Shown: one piece after another, positions 19,395 to 28,749 of the stretch | How the letters are laid out: each line of letters starts with the position of its first letter | How positions within the stretch are numbered: position 1 is the stretch's first letter | Source: Alphaproteobacteria bacterium | Lineage (GTDB): Bacteria; Pseudomonadota; Alphaproteobacteria; Bin95 | Direction: 5' to 3' | DNA: 64,000 bases | Assembly: GCA_965205265.1 (NCBI GenBank) | Contig: CBDBGH010000003.1 | Span: forward strand, 4,000,001 to 4,064,000 | The notes under the pieces: generated by a model | Seen by the model: the letters and a program-made list of their open reading frames with translations, nothing else | What the model was told of the DNA's origin: nothing | The model's database searches: none | Position numbers and translations under genes: made by a program

Positions 19395-20783
19395 TCAGAT
19401 CTCCGGCGGTTCGACGCCCGAGGCCCGCAGTTCGGCGGCGAGCGCGGCCTTGAGCCGTTCCAGCCCGGCCTCTCCCGCCGCCGCATGCGCCTCGCAGCGC
19501 GCGACGAGCGCGTCCTGGGTGTTGGAGGCGCGCAGCAGCCACCAGCCGTCTTCGGTGGCGACGCGCACGCCGTCCGTTGCATTCACATCGGCGCCGGCCT
19601 CGGCAAGCCGCCCGGCGACCTCGCCCGGCACCGCGAACTTGCGCGCTTCCGGGCAGGGAAAGCGCAGCTCCGGCGTGTTGATCCACACGGGCAGCGAGCT
19701 GCGGAATTCCGCGAGCGAGGCGCCCGAACGCTCCAGGGCCCCCAGCAGCCGGAGCGCGGCATAGAGCCCGTCGTCGAAGCCGTACCAGCGGTCGGCGAAG
19801 AAGATGTGTCCGCTCATCTCGCCGGCAAGCGGCGTTCCGGTCTCGGCCATGCGGCTCTTGATGAGGGTGTGGCCGGTCTTCCACATCTCGGGCCGGCCGC
19901 CCGCTGCGGCCACGGCGTCGAACAGCGCCTGGCTCGCCTTCACATCGGCGATGACGCGCGCGCCCGGCCGTTCGGCCAGCAGGTCGCGCGCGAGCAGGAT
20001 CAGCAGCTGGTCCGCCCAGAGCACCTCGCCCTCGCCGTCCACCGCGCCCAGCCGGTCGCCGTCGCCGTCGAGCGCGATGCCCAAGTCGAGGCCCTCGCGG
20101 CGCACCAGATCGACAAGCTGGGCGAGGTTCTCCGGCACGGTCGGGTCGGGATGGTGGGCGGGGAAGGTCCCGTCTATGGTCTCGTTCAGCAGCATGTGCT
20201 GGCCCGGCAGCCGCGCCGTGAGCCGCGCCATGACGCGCCCGGCCGAACCGTTGCCGGCGTCCCAGCCGACGCGGAGCCCCGGCCCTTCGCCGGCCTCCTC
20301 TGCCAACCGCGAAACGTAAGCGTCCTCGACCGCCACTTCGGCAACCCCGCCCCGCCCCCCGGCGAAGCCGCCGGCGGCGGCGAGCGGCCCGAGCGCCCGG
20401 ATGCGTTCGCCGAAAAAGGCTTCGCCCGCCAGCACCATCTTGAAGCCGTTATAGTCCGGCGGGTTGTGCGAGCCGGTGACCATGACGCCCGCGTCGAGGC
20501 CCAGATGGTACATCGCGAAATAGAGCATCGGCGTCGGCCCGAGGCCGATGCGGGTCACGTCGATGCCGGCGGCGGCAAGCCCTTCCACCAGCGCCGTCTC
20601 GAGGCCGGGGGAGCTCAGCCGGCCGTCACGGCCCACCGCCGCGCTCCGCCGGCCGCCCCGCGCCAGAACGGTGCCGAAGGCGCGGCCGAGGGCGCGCGCA
20701 TCCGCCTCCGACAGGGTTTCGCCGACAATGCCGCGCGCGTCGTATTCCCGGAGGAAGGTCGGGTGGAAGTTGTGCCCCGTCAC
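19395..20783 (-). CDS. Phosphomannomutase/phosphoglucomutase (AlgC-like)
   Basis: LREYDARG, TGSHNP, DGDGDR, GEMSGH, RASNT. Confidence 0.95.
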   Translation of the reverse strand: MTGHNFHPTFLREYDARGIVGETLSEADARALGRAFGTVLARGGRRSAAVGRDGRLSSPGLETALVEGLAAAGIDVTRIGLGPTPMLYFAMYHLGLDAGVMVTGSHNPPDYNGFKMVLAGEAFFGERIRALGPLAAAGGFAGGRGGVAEVAVEDAYVSRLAEEAGEGPGLRVGWDAGNGSAGRVMARLTARLPGQHMLLNETIDGTFPAHHPDPTVPENLAQLVDLVRREGLDLGIALDGDGDRLGAVDGEGEVLWADQLLILLARDLLAERPGARVIADVKASQALFDAVAAAGGRPEMWKTGHTLIKSRMAETGTPLAGEMSGHIFFADRWYGFDDGLYAALRLLGALERSGASLAEFRSSLPVWINTPELRFPCPEARKFAVPGEVAGRLAEAGADVNATDGVRVATEDGWWLLRASNTQDALVARCEAHAAAGEAGLERLKAALAAELRASGVEPPEI

Positions 20784-22093
20784 AGTGCCCGCCCCTTGCC
20801 GACGCCGCGATAGGCGAAACCCGCGGCCTCCACTTCGGCCGGCTTGTAGACATTGCGCAGGTCCACCAGCACGGGCGCGGCCATGACGCTGCCAAGGCGC
20901 TCCATGTCCACCGCGCGGAACTCGTTCCATTCCGTCACCAGCACGGCGCAGTCGGCGCCCTCGGCGGCGTCATAGACATCGCGGCACCAGGCGACATCCG
21001 CCAGCAGCGACCGGGCCGTTTCCATCGCCTGCGGATCGTAGGCGCGCACCTTCGCCCCGGCCGCCTGCAGCGCCGGCACCAGTTCCAGGCTCGGCGCTTC
21101 GCGCATGTCGTCCGTATTGGGCTTGAAGGCGAGGCCGAGCACGGCGACGGTCCTGCCCGCCGCATCGCCGCCGAGCGCCTCCAGCACGCGCCCGGCCATG
21201 GCGCGCTTGCGATCCTCGTTGACGGCGGCGGCCGTTTCCACCAGCCGCACCGGCGAGCCCGCATCGCTGGCCGTCCGGGTCAGCGCCAGCGTGTCCTTCG
21301 GGAAGCAGGAGCCGCCATAGCCGGGGCCCGGATGCAGGAACTTGTCGCCGATGCGCCGGTCGAGACCCATGCCGCGCGCCACGTTCTGCACATCCGCGCC
21401 CACGCGCTCGCAGAGGTCGGCGATCTCGTTGATGAAGGTGATCTTGACCGCGAGGAAGGCATTGGCGGCGTATTTGGTGAGCTCTGCCGTCTCGCGGTCG
21501 GTGAACAGGATCGGCGTCTCGCGCAGGAAGAGCGGGCGGTAAAGCTCCCGCATCGCGTCCCGGGCGCGGTCGGTCTCGGCGCCGATAACGATCCGGTCGG
21601 GATGCATGAAGTCCTCGATCGCCGCGCCCTCGCGCAGGAATTCCGGGTTGGAGACGACATCGATCTCGGCGTCCGGGCGCAGTTCGGCGGCGATCCCGGC
21701 GACGCGGGCGCCCGTGCCCACCGGCACCGTCGATTTCGTCACCAGCACGGTGTAGCCCCGGGCCGCCGCCACGACCTCGCGCGCCGCCTCGAAGACGAAG
21801 CTGAGGTCCGCATGGCCGTCGCCGCGCCGGCTGGGCGTGCCGACGGCGATGAACACGATATCCGCCCCGGCGACGGCAGCCGCAAGGTCGGTGGAGAAGG
21901 CAAGCCGCCCGGCCTCGACATTGCGCGCCACCAGGTCCGCAAGGCCCGGCTCGTAGATCGGCATCTCGCCGCGGCGAAGCCTTTCGATCCGCTCTGCATC
22001 CCTGTCCACGCAGACCGCATCCGTGCCGAACTCGGTCAAACAGGCGCCCGTCACCAGGCCGACATAGCCCGCGCCCACCATCGCAATGCGCAT
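20780..22093 (-). CDS. ugd: UDP-glucose 6-dehydrogenase
   Basis: GAGYVG, SNPEFLREG, GGSCFPKD, FKPNTDDMRE. Confidence 0.95.
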   Translation of the reverse strand: MRIAMVGAGYVGLVTGACLTEFGTDAVCVDRDAERIERLRRGEMPIYEPGLADLVARNVEAGRLAFSTDLAAAVAGADIVFIAVGTPSRRGDGHADLSFVFEAAREVVAAARGYTVLVTKSTVPVGTGARVAGIAAELRPDAEIDVVSNPEFLREGAAIEDFMHPDRIVIGAETDRARDAMRELYRPLFLRETPILFTDRETAELTKYAANAFLAVKITFINEIADLCERVGADVQNVARGMGLDRRIGDKFLHPGPGYGGSCFPKDTLALTRTASDAGSPVRLVETAAAVNEDRKRAMAGRVLEALGGDAAGRTVAVLGLAFKPNTDDMREAPSLELVPALQAAGAKVRAYDPQAMETARSLLADVAWCRDVYDAAEGADCAVLVTEWNEFRAVDMERLGSVMAAPVLVDLRNVYKPAEVEAAGFAYRGVGKGRAL

Positions 22094-22133
22094 GTCCCTT
22101 ACTCCGCCGCCCTGTCCCCCGCCGGCCCCTGCT

Positions 22134-23003
22134 TCAGGCGAAGCGGGCCAGGATTTCCCTTGCCGCCGGCGCGAGTTCGGGCCTTGCGAGCGCGCAGGCG
22201 ATATTGGCTTCGAGGAAGCCCATCCTGTCGCCGCAGTCGAACCGCCGGCCTTCGAAGCGCAGGCCGTGGAAGGGCACGGCGCCGACCGTCCGCGCCATGG
22301 CGTCGGTCAGCTGGATTTCGCCGCCGGCGCCCGTCTCCTGCGTGTCGAGCGCCGTCATCACCGAGGGGTCCAGCACATAGCGCCCCACGATGGCGAGCGT
22401 CGAGGGCGCATCCGCCGGCGCCGGCTTCTCGACCAGGCCCCGGACGGAGGCGAGCCGCCCGTCGTCCGCCGCCACGTCCAGCACGCCGTAGCGCCCGGTC
22501 TCCTCGCGCGCCACGTCCATGACCGCGACGACATTGCCGCCATGCTGGCGGTGGACGTCGAGAAGCTGGCCGAGGCAGGGCCGTTCGGAGAGCACGAGGT
22601 CGTCCGGCAGCAGCACGGCGAAGGGCGCATCGCCCACGACATGGCGTGCGCACCGGACCGCATGGCCGAGGCCGAGCGGCGCCTGCTGGCGCACATGCAC
22701 GATTGCGCCCGCCGCCGGCACCATTTCCGACGCGGCGGCGCGCAAATCCTCCTTGCCGCCCGCCGCCAGCGCCCCGTCGAGCTCCGCCGCGAGGTCGAAA
22801 TGGTCCTCCATGGCCCCTTTGCCGCGCGCGGTCACGAACACGAAGGTCTCGATGCCGGCCGCCCGGGCTTCCTCCACCGCATACTGGATCAGCGGCTTGT
22901 CCACCACCGGCAGCATTTCCTTCGGCACCGCCTTCGTCGCAGGCAGGAAGCGCGTTCCGAGCCCCCCGGCAGGGATGACCGCCGTCTTGACAGGGTTGCT
23001 CAT
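22134..23003 (-). CDS. galU: UTP-glucose-1-phosphate uridylyltransferase
   Basis: GGLGTRFLPATKAVPKEML, VEKP, GGEIQLTDA. Confidence 0.95.
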   Translation of the reverse strand: MSNPVKTAVIPAGGLGTRFLPATKAVPKEMLPVVDKPLIQYAVEEARAAGIETFVFVTARGKGAMEDHFDLAAELDGALAAGGKEDLRAAASEMVPAAGAIVHVRQQAPLGLGHAVRCARHVVGDAPFAVLLPDDLVLSERPCLGQLLDVHRQHGGNVVAVMDVAREETGRYGVLDVAADDGRLASVRGLVEKPAPADAPSTLAIVGRYVLDPSVMTALDTQETGAGGEIQLTDAMARTVGAVPFHGLRFEGRRFDCGDRMGFLEANIACALARPELAPAAREILARFA

Positions 23004-23059
23004 GCCGGCAACCGCCGATCAGGGCCTGAGCCGATTGCCGCCGCGAAGGCGAGGGGCAT

Positions 23060-23143
23060 CCCCGGCGCTTCCTTCGCCGCCCCCGGCGCTTCCTTCGCCG
23101 CCCCCGGCGCTTCCTTCGCCGCCCCCGGCGCTTCTTTCGCCCC
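23060..23143. repeat. 21-bp tandem repeat, 4 copies
   Basis: CCCCGGCGCTTCCTTCGCCGC x3 plus one variant copy. Confidence 0.9.
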
Positions 23144-23158
23144 CCCCGGACCTCTCTT

Positions 23159-23286
23159 CGTCACCCCCGCGAAGGCGGGGGTCCATCCATGGTCCGCGAT
23201 GCTGCCGCAGCCGGTGTTAAGCAGGCCGAACCGTCCGAGGGTGCCGGGAAATCCGAAGCTGGACCCCCGCCTTCGCGGGGGTGACG
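23159..23286. repeat. CGTC-type REP dimer
   Basis: Perfect 27-bp inverted repeat CGTCACCCCCGCGAAGGCGGGGGTCCA (23159-23185 / 23260-23286). Confidence 0.88.
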
Positions 23287-23357
23287 GTTGAGGTTCGCGC
23301 AGCGCGAAACCACCTGAGGGAGATATGCGGCCCTCCATCCGGCGTAAGCAGCCCGTA

Positions 23358-23387
23358 GAGATGCCCGGAACGAGTCCGGGCATGACG
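23358..23387. repeat. Solo REP arm
   Basis: GAGATGCCCGGAACGAGTCCGGGCATGACG, nearly identical to 9212-9241. Confidence 0.75.
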
Positions 23388-23463
23388 GAGGGGGCCTGTA
23401 TCGAGCGACCCGGTAGCATGAACGAACGCCCCTTTCTTTCCCCGCATGCGCGAATCCTGCGCC

Positions 23464-24162
23464 TCAGGACCCGAGCAATATATCCTTGGCCTGGTTTATT
23501 TGCGCGGCGAAGAATGTCGAGCCGCCCCGGTCCGGGTGGTATTCCCGCATCAGCCGGCGGTGCGCCGCGCGGATTTCGGCGGCAGCCGCGCCGGGCGCCA
23601 GGCCAAGCACCTTGTAGGCCTCGTTGCGGCTCATGCCCGCGCCGCCCGCGGCCGGCGCCTCATGGGCTGCCCTGTCGCGCCAGCTCTCCGGTCCCTCGCG
23701 GTCCAGCCAGCTTTCCAGCAGCTGGGCCGAGCGCGGGTCGTTGCCGGTATAGAAGCGCAAGAGGTCGAACAGCTGGTCCTCGGCGAGGTCGGAGAGGCTC
23801 GCGCCGGTATGCGGGCCGTCGATCACCCGTCCGTGCATGGCGCCCGAATCGTGGTCGAGGCGCATGGAAAGAAAGCGGGTCTGGACCTCCGAGCCCTTGC
23901 CGGGCGTGGGGCCTCTCGCGGTCTTCGCCATGTTGCGCGCGCGCCGCCACTGCATGAACAGGCCGAACAGCAGCGGCGCCAGCAGGCCCAGTACGAGCCC
24001 GCGCCCGAACACCAGCAGCAGGAGCACGGCCGCGCCCATGACCAGCACGGCCGCCAGCCTGAGCACGCGCAGGAGCACCCTGGGGTCGGCGTTGGCGGCC
24101 CAGCGCGCCAGCAGCGGCAGGCAGACCAGCAACGCCAGGACCAGAACGACGACGCCGATCAC
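23464..24162 (-). CDS. Membrane protein with C-terminal J-domain (DnaJ-like)
   Basis: N-terminal TMs, LDHDSGAMHGRV, EAYKVLGL...YHPDRGGS; GTGA overlap with the VWA gene. Confidence 0.88.
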   Translation of the reverse strand: MIGVVVLVLALLVCLPLLARWAANADPRVLLRVLRLAAVLVMGAAVLLLLVFGRGLVLGLLAPLLFGLFMQWRRARNMAKTARGPTPGKGSEVQTRFLSMRLDHDSGAMHGRVIDGPHTGASLSDLAEDQLFDLLRFYTGNDPRSAQLLESWLDREGPESWRDRAAHEAPAAGGAGMSRNEAYKVLGLAPGAAAAEIRAAHRRLMREYHPDRGGSTFFAAQINQAKDILLGS

Positions 24163-24872
24163 CGCCGCCGGCTCCTCCCGCCGCCCGGCAGGGCCTTCAT
24201 CTGGCCGGCCAATTGCTTCGCCGCGCTGCCGGGAAGCGAAGTCAGCGCGGCCCGCCCGCCGGCCGCGAACGCCGCCACGGCCCGCAGCAGCGCACGCAAC
24301 TGCTCGGCGCTGCCCGTATCGAACCGGCAGCAGGCGCCGCCGGTGAGGCGCGCGACCTCGTTGAAGCCGCGCGTTGCCAGCGGGTCGCCGCCCTCCTGGA
24401 ACAGGAAGGCCGGCGTGCCGAGCATGCCGAGCTTCCCGGCCTCGTGGCTGACGCGGTCGATATCCTCCTCGAACGCATCGCCCACGAATACGAGCGCATC
24501 GACCTTGCGCTTGTTCGTCTCCTTGGCGGCATGGGCCAGCACCCGCCCGATCTGCGTCAGGCCTCCGTAGCAGCGGATCTGCAGCATGCGCTTCAGCAGG
24601 TCGTTGGCATTGCGTACCCAGCCGCTCGCCTTGCATTCGCGGAAGCCGCGATAGAAGACGAGCTGCACTTCGAGCCCGCCCAGCGCCGCCGCGGTCTGGA
24701 ACATCTCGGCCTGCAGGTGGCTCGCGCGGTCCCAGGTCGGCTCGCGGCTGGCGGTGGCGTCGAGGGCGAAGATCAGCCGCCCGCCGCCTCCCGGGCGCGG
24801 CGTCCGGGCGGCCTTCTTGAGGAAGGCGTCGATATCGCCCTCGGGCGAGAAGCGTGTCGGCGTTCCGGCCAT
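24159..24872 (-). CDS. VWA-domain protein
   Basis: LIFALDATASR MIDAS-like motif, GGLTQI, FVGDAFEE. Confidence 0.85.
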   Translation of the reverse strand: MAGTPTRFSPEGDIDAFLKKAARTPRPGGGGRLIFALDATASREPTWDRASHLQAEMFQTAAALGGLEVQLVFYRGFRECKASGWVRNANDLLKRMLQIRCYGGLTQIGRVLAHAAKETNKRKVDALVFVGDAFEEDIDRVSHEAGKLGMLGTPAFLFQEGGDPLATRGFNEVARLTGGACCRFDTGSAEQLRALLRAVAAFAAGGRAALTSLPGSAAKQLAGQMKALPGGGRSRRR

Positions 24873-25086
24873 GGCTGGACGGGACCATACACTATCGCAG
24901 CCCCGCTGTGTGCCCGCCGGCCACGCGGTGCCGGTGCCGGGAGCGGAGCAACGCCCTGCGGCGTTGCGACTCCGGTCCGGTCAGGCAACTCAACGGTTGC
25001 CAAAGGACCGGCGCTTCACCATCATGGAGGATGGTGGTCACCACTCACCGGATGCAACCTAGGAAACAGACCTTCGGAGAACGCCA

Positions 25087-25290
25087 ATGGCTGAACGAAA
25101 GGCAGCTTTCAAACGAGCACCGGTGCGGCCTCATCTGCAGAAGCTCCTCGAAGACGCCAAGAAAGTCACCATGACGGAAGAACAACTGCGCGAACAGAAG
25201 GCGAGCTTCGTATATGGCAACGCGCCGCAGGGATCGCGGATAACCAAGGAATCCGCACGAGAGTCTGTGGATCGAATTCGACTCTTCTAG
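25087..25290 (+). CDS. Small protein, putative Fic antitoxin
   Basis: 67 aa, MTEEQLREQKASFVYGN; RBS GGAGA; immediately upstream of fic. Confidence 0.6.
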   Translation: MAERKAAFKRAPVRPHLQKLLEDAKKVTMTEEQLREQKASFVYGNAPQGSRITKESARESVDRIRLF

Positions 25291-25336
25291 GATTGCTCGT
25301 AAAGTTCACGCTTGGACGCCTCTGAGTTCGCCTGCA

Positions 25337-25933
25337 ATGTTCATTCTGGAGCAGGAGGATCCGGACCTTTTCAGCCGTATTCAGGAACATAATCTGAATC
25401 GCCAATATGACCTTATGGCGAATTGCATAGAGATAGGGCTTTTGAAAGGACCAGCATCGTTTGACAAATACCTACTCTGGTCATTGAACCACGTAGCAGT
25501 AGCAAATATCTCGCAATTCGGCGGACGGTTTAGGCGAGAACCGATCTATGTCGGGAACCACATTCCGCCGCACTTCAACGACGTTTCGGATTGGATGGAC
25601 CGGTTCATCTCGACAGTTCAGGAAAATTGGTACATTTGGACTCCAACCGAATTGGCTGCTTACGGACTTTGGCGTCTGAATTGGATTCACCCGTTCATCG
25701 AGGGTAATGGAAGAACCGCCAGAGCGGCATCGTACTTTCTCCTCTGTGTTAGGTCTGGGGCCCTTTTGCCGGGAAGAAAAATTGTCCCGGAAAGAATTAG
25801 GCAAAACAGAGAGGGGTACAACGCGGCTTTGACAGCGGCCGACCGCGCTTGGGATTTAGGTCATTTGGACTTTGGTGAAATGGAAAATTACCTCGCCAGT
25901 CTTCTTGCGGAGCAATTACAAGACATCGATTAA
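25337..25933 (+). CDS. Fic-domain protein
   Basis: Canonical HPFIEGNGRTAR motif; GRFRREPIYVG flap; markedly lower GC. Confidence 0.92.
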   Translation: MFILEQEDPDLFSRIQEHNLNRQYDLMANCIEIGLLKGPASFDKYLLWSLNHVAVANISQFGGRFRREPIYVGNHIPPHFNDVSDWMDRFISTVQENWYIWTPTELAAYGLWRLNWIHPFIEGNGRTARAASYFLLCVRSGALLPGRKIVPERIRQNREGYNAALTAADRAWDLGHLDFGEMENYLASLLAEQLQDID

Positions 25934-25945
25934 CGCGCCTCGGCC

Positions 25946-26047
25946 TGCGGATGCCGCACCCGGAGTTCTCCTCGCGGCACGGAGCTGTCCGGGATGGGGG
26001 CCATGCGGCGGTCCCGGTCCGTCGGTTCGCCCGCGACTCGAACACCG
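25946..26047 (-). repeat. Diverged duplicate of the 3' end of the neighbouring GNAT gene
   Basis: Ungapped 102-bp alignment to 26740-26841 with 17 mismatches by manual count. Confidence 0.85.
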
Positions 26048-26105
26048 GGCGGAGCGCAGGCGATCGATGCGCCGAAGAGTGGTGTGGCCCCGGCAGGGGC
26101 GTCGT

Positions 26106-26705
26106 TCAGAACCACACGGTGGCCACCGACACGACGGTGACGATGGCGAGGACGAGATTGACTGTGGACCATTGCGCGTCCGTTCTGAGCATCCGTCCGA
26201 GCACTGCCCCACCCAGGCACCACAGGACCATCGCCCCCATTGCAGAGCAGCCGAAGGTCGCCGCCAGCAACAGGGCCAGCTCCAGCGAGCTGCTGGTGAA
26301 CCCGGCATAGGTGCCCGCGGCTGCCAGCCCCATCATCCAGGCCTTCGGAGCGAGAAACAGGACGGCCAGCCCCGTCGCGAACCCCATGGCCCGTTCTCCG
26401 CCGGCATCCTCCGACGCGCTGGGCGCACCGCTTCGGAAGATCCGCCAGGAAAGCCATACGAGATAGCCGGATCCCAGTATCTTGATCGCGAGTTGCAGCG
26501 ATGGCGCCGTCTGCAACAGGGCGGAGAGGCCGAAGGCTCCGGTTGCCGCGATCGACGCCAGGCCAACGGCGACCCCGGACGCCAGAGGCAGGCTTCCGAC
26601 GAGACCGTGGCGGACCCCGGACGCCGCCGCCAACAGTGTGCTCGGCCCCGGCGTGATGGTCGTCGCGACAGCCAGCACCGCCAGCGATATCAAGAACTCC
26701 GGCAT
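26106..26705 (-). CDS. LysE/RhtB family transporter
   Basis: ITPGPS motif, LGSGYLVWLSWRI, several TM segments. Confidence 0.88.
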   Translation of the reverse strand: MPEFLISLAVLAVATTITPGPSTLLAAASGVRHGLVGSLPLASGVAVGLASIAATGAFGLSALLQTAPSLQLAIKILGSGYLVWLSWRIFRSGAPSASEDAGGERAMGFATGLAVLFLAPKAWMMGLAAAGTYAGFTSSSLELALLLAATFGCSAMGAMVLWCLGGAVLGRMLRTDAQWSTVNLVLAIVTVVSVATVWF

Positions 26706-26735
26706 TGATCGTCTGCCTCCCGGAACGGCGCTGTC

Positions 26736-27236
26736 CTATTGCGGATGCCACGCCCGGAGTTCTCCCCGCGGTGCGGGGCTGTCCGGGATGAGGGGCATAT
26801 GGTGGACCCGGTCCGCCGGTTCGCCCGCTACCCGGACGCCGACCGCCGCCGCCGGGCTGAAGCCGAGCGGCTCGTAATAGGCGCGCTCGCCGACAAGGAA
26901 GACATGGGGCCAGCCGGCGGCGCGCGCCGCATCGAGAGTGCGGCGGAGCAGCGCCCGGCCGATTCCCCGGCCGCGAAGTTCCGGCTCCACCGCGAGCGGG
27001 CCGAGCAGCAAAGCGCGGGCGCCCGCATCCCCGACCGCGATCTGTGTCTGCTGCACGCTGCCGACCGGGCGCCCGTCCATCCACGCGGCGAAGGCAAGCG
27101 CCGGGCAGGGCGGGTTGCCGGCGCGGAGCCGGTAGGAGGATTTGCTCCTGCGGTCCCGCCCGAACACACGGTCGAGCAGCGCTTCCACTGCGGGCCGGTC
27201 GGCGGATTCGAGCGGGGAAATCTGGAAAGGGGACAT
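26736..27236 (-). CDS. GNAT N-acetyltransferase (YhbS-like)
   Basis: LLGPLAVEPELRGRGIGRAL, LVGERAYYEPLGF. Confidence 0.9.
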   Translation of the reverse strand: MSPFQISPLESADRPAVEALLDRVFGRDRRSKSSYRLRAGNPPCPALAFAAWMDGRPVGSVQQTQIAVGDAGARALLLGPLAVEPELRGRGIGRALLRRTLDAARAAGWPHVFLVGERAYYEPLGFSPAAAVGVRVAGEPADRVHHMPLIPDSPAPRGELRAWHPQ

Positions 27237-27407
27237 GGTCGGACAGCTCCCGGACGGACAGGACGGCGTCGATGCCGGCCGGAGCCGTGTCCGGCCGGTT
27301 CAGCCGCGTCGTCGTCGGAGCCAGCGAACCATGGGAATGAAATTAGCCGCTTTCGCCTGTCGTCGGCAAGGGCAGGTCGCCGGCCCGCGATGTCGGCCGC
27401 GGCGCCA

Positions 27408-28088
27408 TCAATCCAGCCAAACGGGGTCCTTCAGGCCGGCGATGAACGCCTTGTGGGCGGCCAGTTCCTCCGGCGTCGGCGCATGGGGCCGGGGCGGACG
27501 GAAGGGATTGCCGGCTCGCGTTTTCTCCACGGTTCCGGTATCGCCGCCGGCGCCGGCCTGGAACGCAAGGCCCGGCTGGCGGCCTCCGGTCAGGTGCAGA
27601 TAGACCTCCGCCAGCAGGCGGCAGTCGATGAGCGCGCCGTGCAGCGTGCGAACCGAGAGGTCGATCTCGAACCGCTTGCAAAGCGCGTCCAGGCTGTTCG
27701 GCGCCCCGGCAAAGCGGCTGCGCGCCATCTGCAGCGTATCGACCAGCCGCTCCCCGGCGAGCGGCGGCAGGCCGAGCCGGGCGAATTCGGCATTGAGGAA
27801 GCCGGCGTCGAAGGGCGCGTTGTGGATCACCAGCGGCGCATCGCCGACATATTCCAGGAACCCTCCCGCAATCTCGGCGAAGCGCGGCTTGCCGCGGAGG
27901 AAGTCTTCCGACAACTCGTGGATGCGATAGGCTTCCTCCGGCATGTCCCGTTCGGGATCGATATAGCTGTGCCAGTGCGAGCCGGTCGGAACGCGGTTCA
28001 CCAGCTCCAGAGCGCCGATTTCCACGACGCGGTGCCCGTCAGCCGGGTCGAGCCCGGTGGTCTCGGTGTCGAGGACAATCTCACGCAT
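27408..28088 (-). CDS. dnaQ: DNA polymerase III epsilon subunit
   Basis: LDTETTG, HNAPFD, HGALID. Confidence 0.96.
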   Translation of the reverse strand: MREIVLDTETTGLDPADGHRVVEIGALELVNRVPTGSHWHSYIDPERDMPEEAYRIHELSEDFLRGKPRFAEIAGGFLEYVGDAPLVIHNAPFDAGFLNAEFARLGLPPLAGERLVDTLQMARSRFAGAPNSLDALCKRFEIDLSVRTLHGALIDCRLLAEVYLHLTGGRQPGLAFQAGAGGDTGTVEKTRAGNPFRPPRPHAPTPEELAAHKAFIAGLKDPVWLD

Positions 28089-28749
28089 CCCGTTTTCCTC
28101 CCTTGCCGAACCGCCGCCGCGTTATGCGCCGCAAACGCTTCGAATGGCGCCGCCGGCGCAGCATGGCCCGCAGCCGGTCGCGGGTCAGCCGTCGGCCGGC
28201 GCCCGTCGGCACCACAATATCGGCGCGCTTGCACTTTTCCGCATCCGCCATCTGTTTCGCCCGCACGGATTCGAGCAGCTCCCTCGTGACGCCGGGGCGG
28301 GCCAGCACCCGGGCCGCCTGGATATGCGCCGGCGCGGAGACGACGACAGTCCAGTCGCAGCGCCTCTCGCCGCCCGTCTCGAACAGGAGCGGCACATCGC
28401 GCACCACCGCCCGCCGGCGCTCGCGCGCGGCCCGGCGCAGAAAGGCGCGCTCGGCCCGCCCGACCAGCGGATGCACGATGCGCTCCAGCCGCCGGAGCGC
28501 ATCCGTATCCGCGAACACGAGGTCTCCGAGCGCGCGCCGGTTGACCGCGCCGTCGCAGACCGTGCCCGGAAAGGCCGCATCGATGGGCGCCACGGCCGCC
28601 CCGTCGGCCGCCATCATGCGGTGCACGGCGGCATCGGCGTCGAACACGGGGCACCCCGCCTCGCGCAGCATGGCGGCGGCGGTGCTCTTGCCCATGCCGA
28701 TGGAGCCGGTGAGGCCGATCACGCGAGGAACGGTGCGCCGGCGTTTCAC
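28081..28749 (-). CDS. coaE: Dephospho-CoA kinase
   Basis: IGLTGSIGMGKST, DVPLLFE. Confidence 0.95.
   Translation of the reverse strand: MKRRRTVPRVIGLTGSIGMGKSTAAAMLREAGCPVFDADAAVHRMMAADGAAVAPIDAAFPGTVCDGAVNRRALGDLVFADTDALRRLERIVHPLVGRAERAFLRRAARERRRAVVRDVPLLFETGGERRCDWTVVVSAPAHIQAARVLARPGVTRELLESVRAKQMADAEKCKRADIVVPTGAGRRLTRDRLRAMLRRRRHSKRLRRITRRRFGKGGKRDA

Noticed and set aside
23060-23143. 21-bp repeats as a mini-CRISPR
   Set aside because: The units are head-to-tail with no spacers.
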